Source: Terriglobia bacterium (GTDB lineage: Bacteria > Acidobacteriota > Terriglobia > 20CM-2-55-15). From it: a stretch of 64,000 bases of DNA. Positions 63,499-64,000 of this stretch are shown piece by piece. Under the pieces are notes generated by a model. It was not told the origin of the DNA. It saw only the letters and a program-made list of their open reading frames with translations, and made no database searches. The DNA lies in the NCBI GenBank assembly GCA_965262675.1, contig OZ253554.1:570997-634996 (forward strand), written 5' to 3'. A program made the position numbers and the translations under genes. Within the stretch, counting starts at the first letter, position 1. The number at the start of each line of letters is the position of its first letter.

Positions 63499-63776
63499 GA
63501 TAAGTAAAATAAGCGGGCTTCGCAGTACAGGGACTGGCAAGACGCACGACCGGAATGTCGCCGTTGCGGTGTTATGTTGAGCCGGAGGGAGCCAGGACGG
63601 GAGAATCACGACAAACGATCATTCCGGATACGCGAGATTCACGACCCAGGCACACGAATCCGGCTTCGGCCTTTTGCCGTCTTCAGAGCCAGTCCGTTTC
63701 AGTGGGTTGCACAGCCGGGTTAACGGGTGGTGCACGCGAAGGCAGGCCGAGGCAGTCCAGGATTTTCTGGGTAGCG
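63496..63776 (+). repeat. 281-bp junction element, full-length reference copy
   Basis: GCGGATAAGTAAAATAAGCGGG...GGATTTTCTGGGTAGCG, with no indels relative to the other copies. Confidence 0.97.
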
Positions 63777-63840
63777 TCCGGAGGATGAATGGCTGCAAGG
63801 ACTCGCATGTGACCCTGGCGCCGCGGGCATTCCAGCACAT

Positions 63841-64000
63841 CTAGCCCGCCTTTCTCACGGGTTTTCGTCGCGAAGAGTCGGAGACGCCGTCAGAGCAAGG
63901 CGCGCGCCCGGAGGGCACCGGAGGCGTACTTGACGGTACGTCGAGGAGCCCGACGAAGCGGAACGCAGCGCTGGCGGATGGATCCGGCACTGTAGCAGAC
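63841..64000 (+). repeat. MITE-like repeat, copy 3 (runs off the window)
   Basis: ctagcccgcctttctcacgggttttcgtcgcgaagagtcggagacgccgtcagagcaagg...ctgtagcagac matches 19074-19284 but lacks the internal module. Confidence 0.85.

Noticed and set aside
63496-63585. Junction element as a canonical dif/pdif site
   Set aside because: The XerC-like and XerD-like half-sites are about 70 bp apart instead of 6 bp; kept only as a weak hint.
32822-63776. Junction element as integron attC sites
   Set aside because: No RYYYAAC...GTTRRRY ends or long imperfect palindrome, no intI, and the cargo is broken genes in both orientations.

Overview
The window has two parts. Bases 1-20876 look like core chromosome of a GC-rich bacterium, probably Acidobacteriota (three ADOP-type duplicated permeases and an acidobacterial-type PadR). 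It may be host- or sponge-associated, given the Sel1-repeat and FN3 proteins. This part holds a Sel1 protein, PadR-ADOP, suhB, a TPR protein, uvrB, a methyltransferase, a nitroreductase, a sigma54-type two-component system with two more ADOP permeases, and tRNA-Ser(CGA). From the tRNA to about 63780 is a 43-kb mosaic with no integrase. It contains ISs and IS remnants (IS200, IS21, ISAs1, IS3, IS1182, IS256, IS1634, IS630), some intact genes (frdABCD, TraB/GumN, S1-domain protein, aromatic-acid decarboxylase, nucleases, FN3 protein), many broken gene fragments and a decayed tRNA-Leu. The main signal is an unannotated non-coding 281-bp unit (GCGGATAAGTAAAATAAGCGGG...GGATTTTCTGGGTAGCG) present about 10 times, always in the same orientation. 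Nine copies start at the same left end, three reach the same right end and six are right-truncated. The copies sit at junctions between unrelated gene fragments and appear to share a GCG with the flanking reading frames. This looks like a DNA-fragment stitching or capture array; its mechanism and enzyme cannot be identified from this window. All family assignments come from motif recognition, not database searches.
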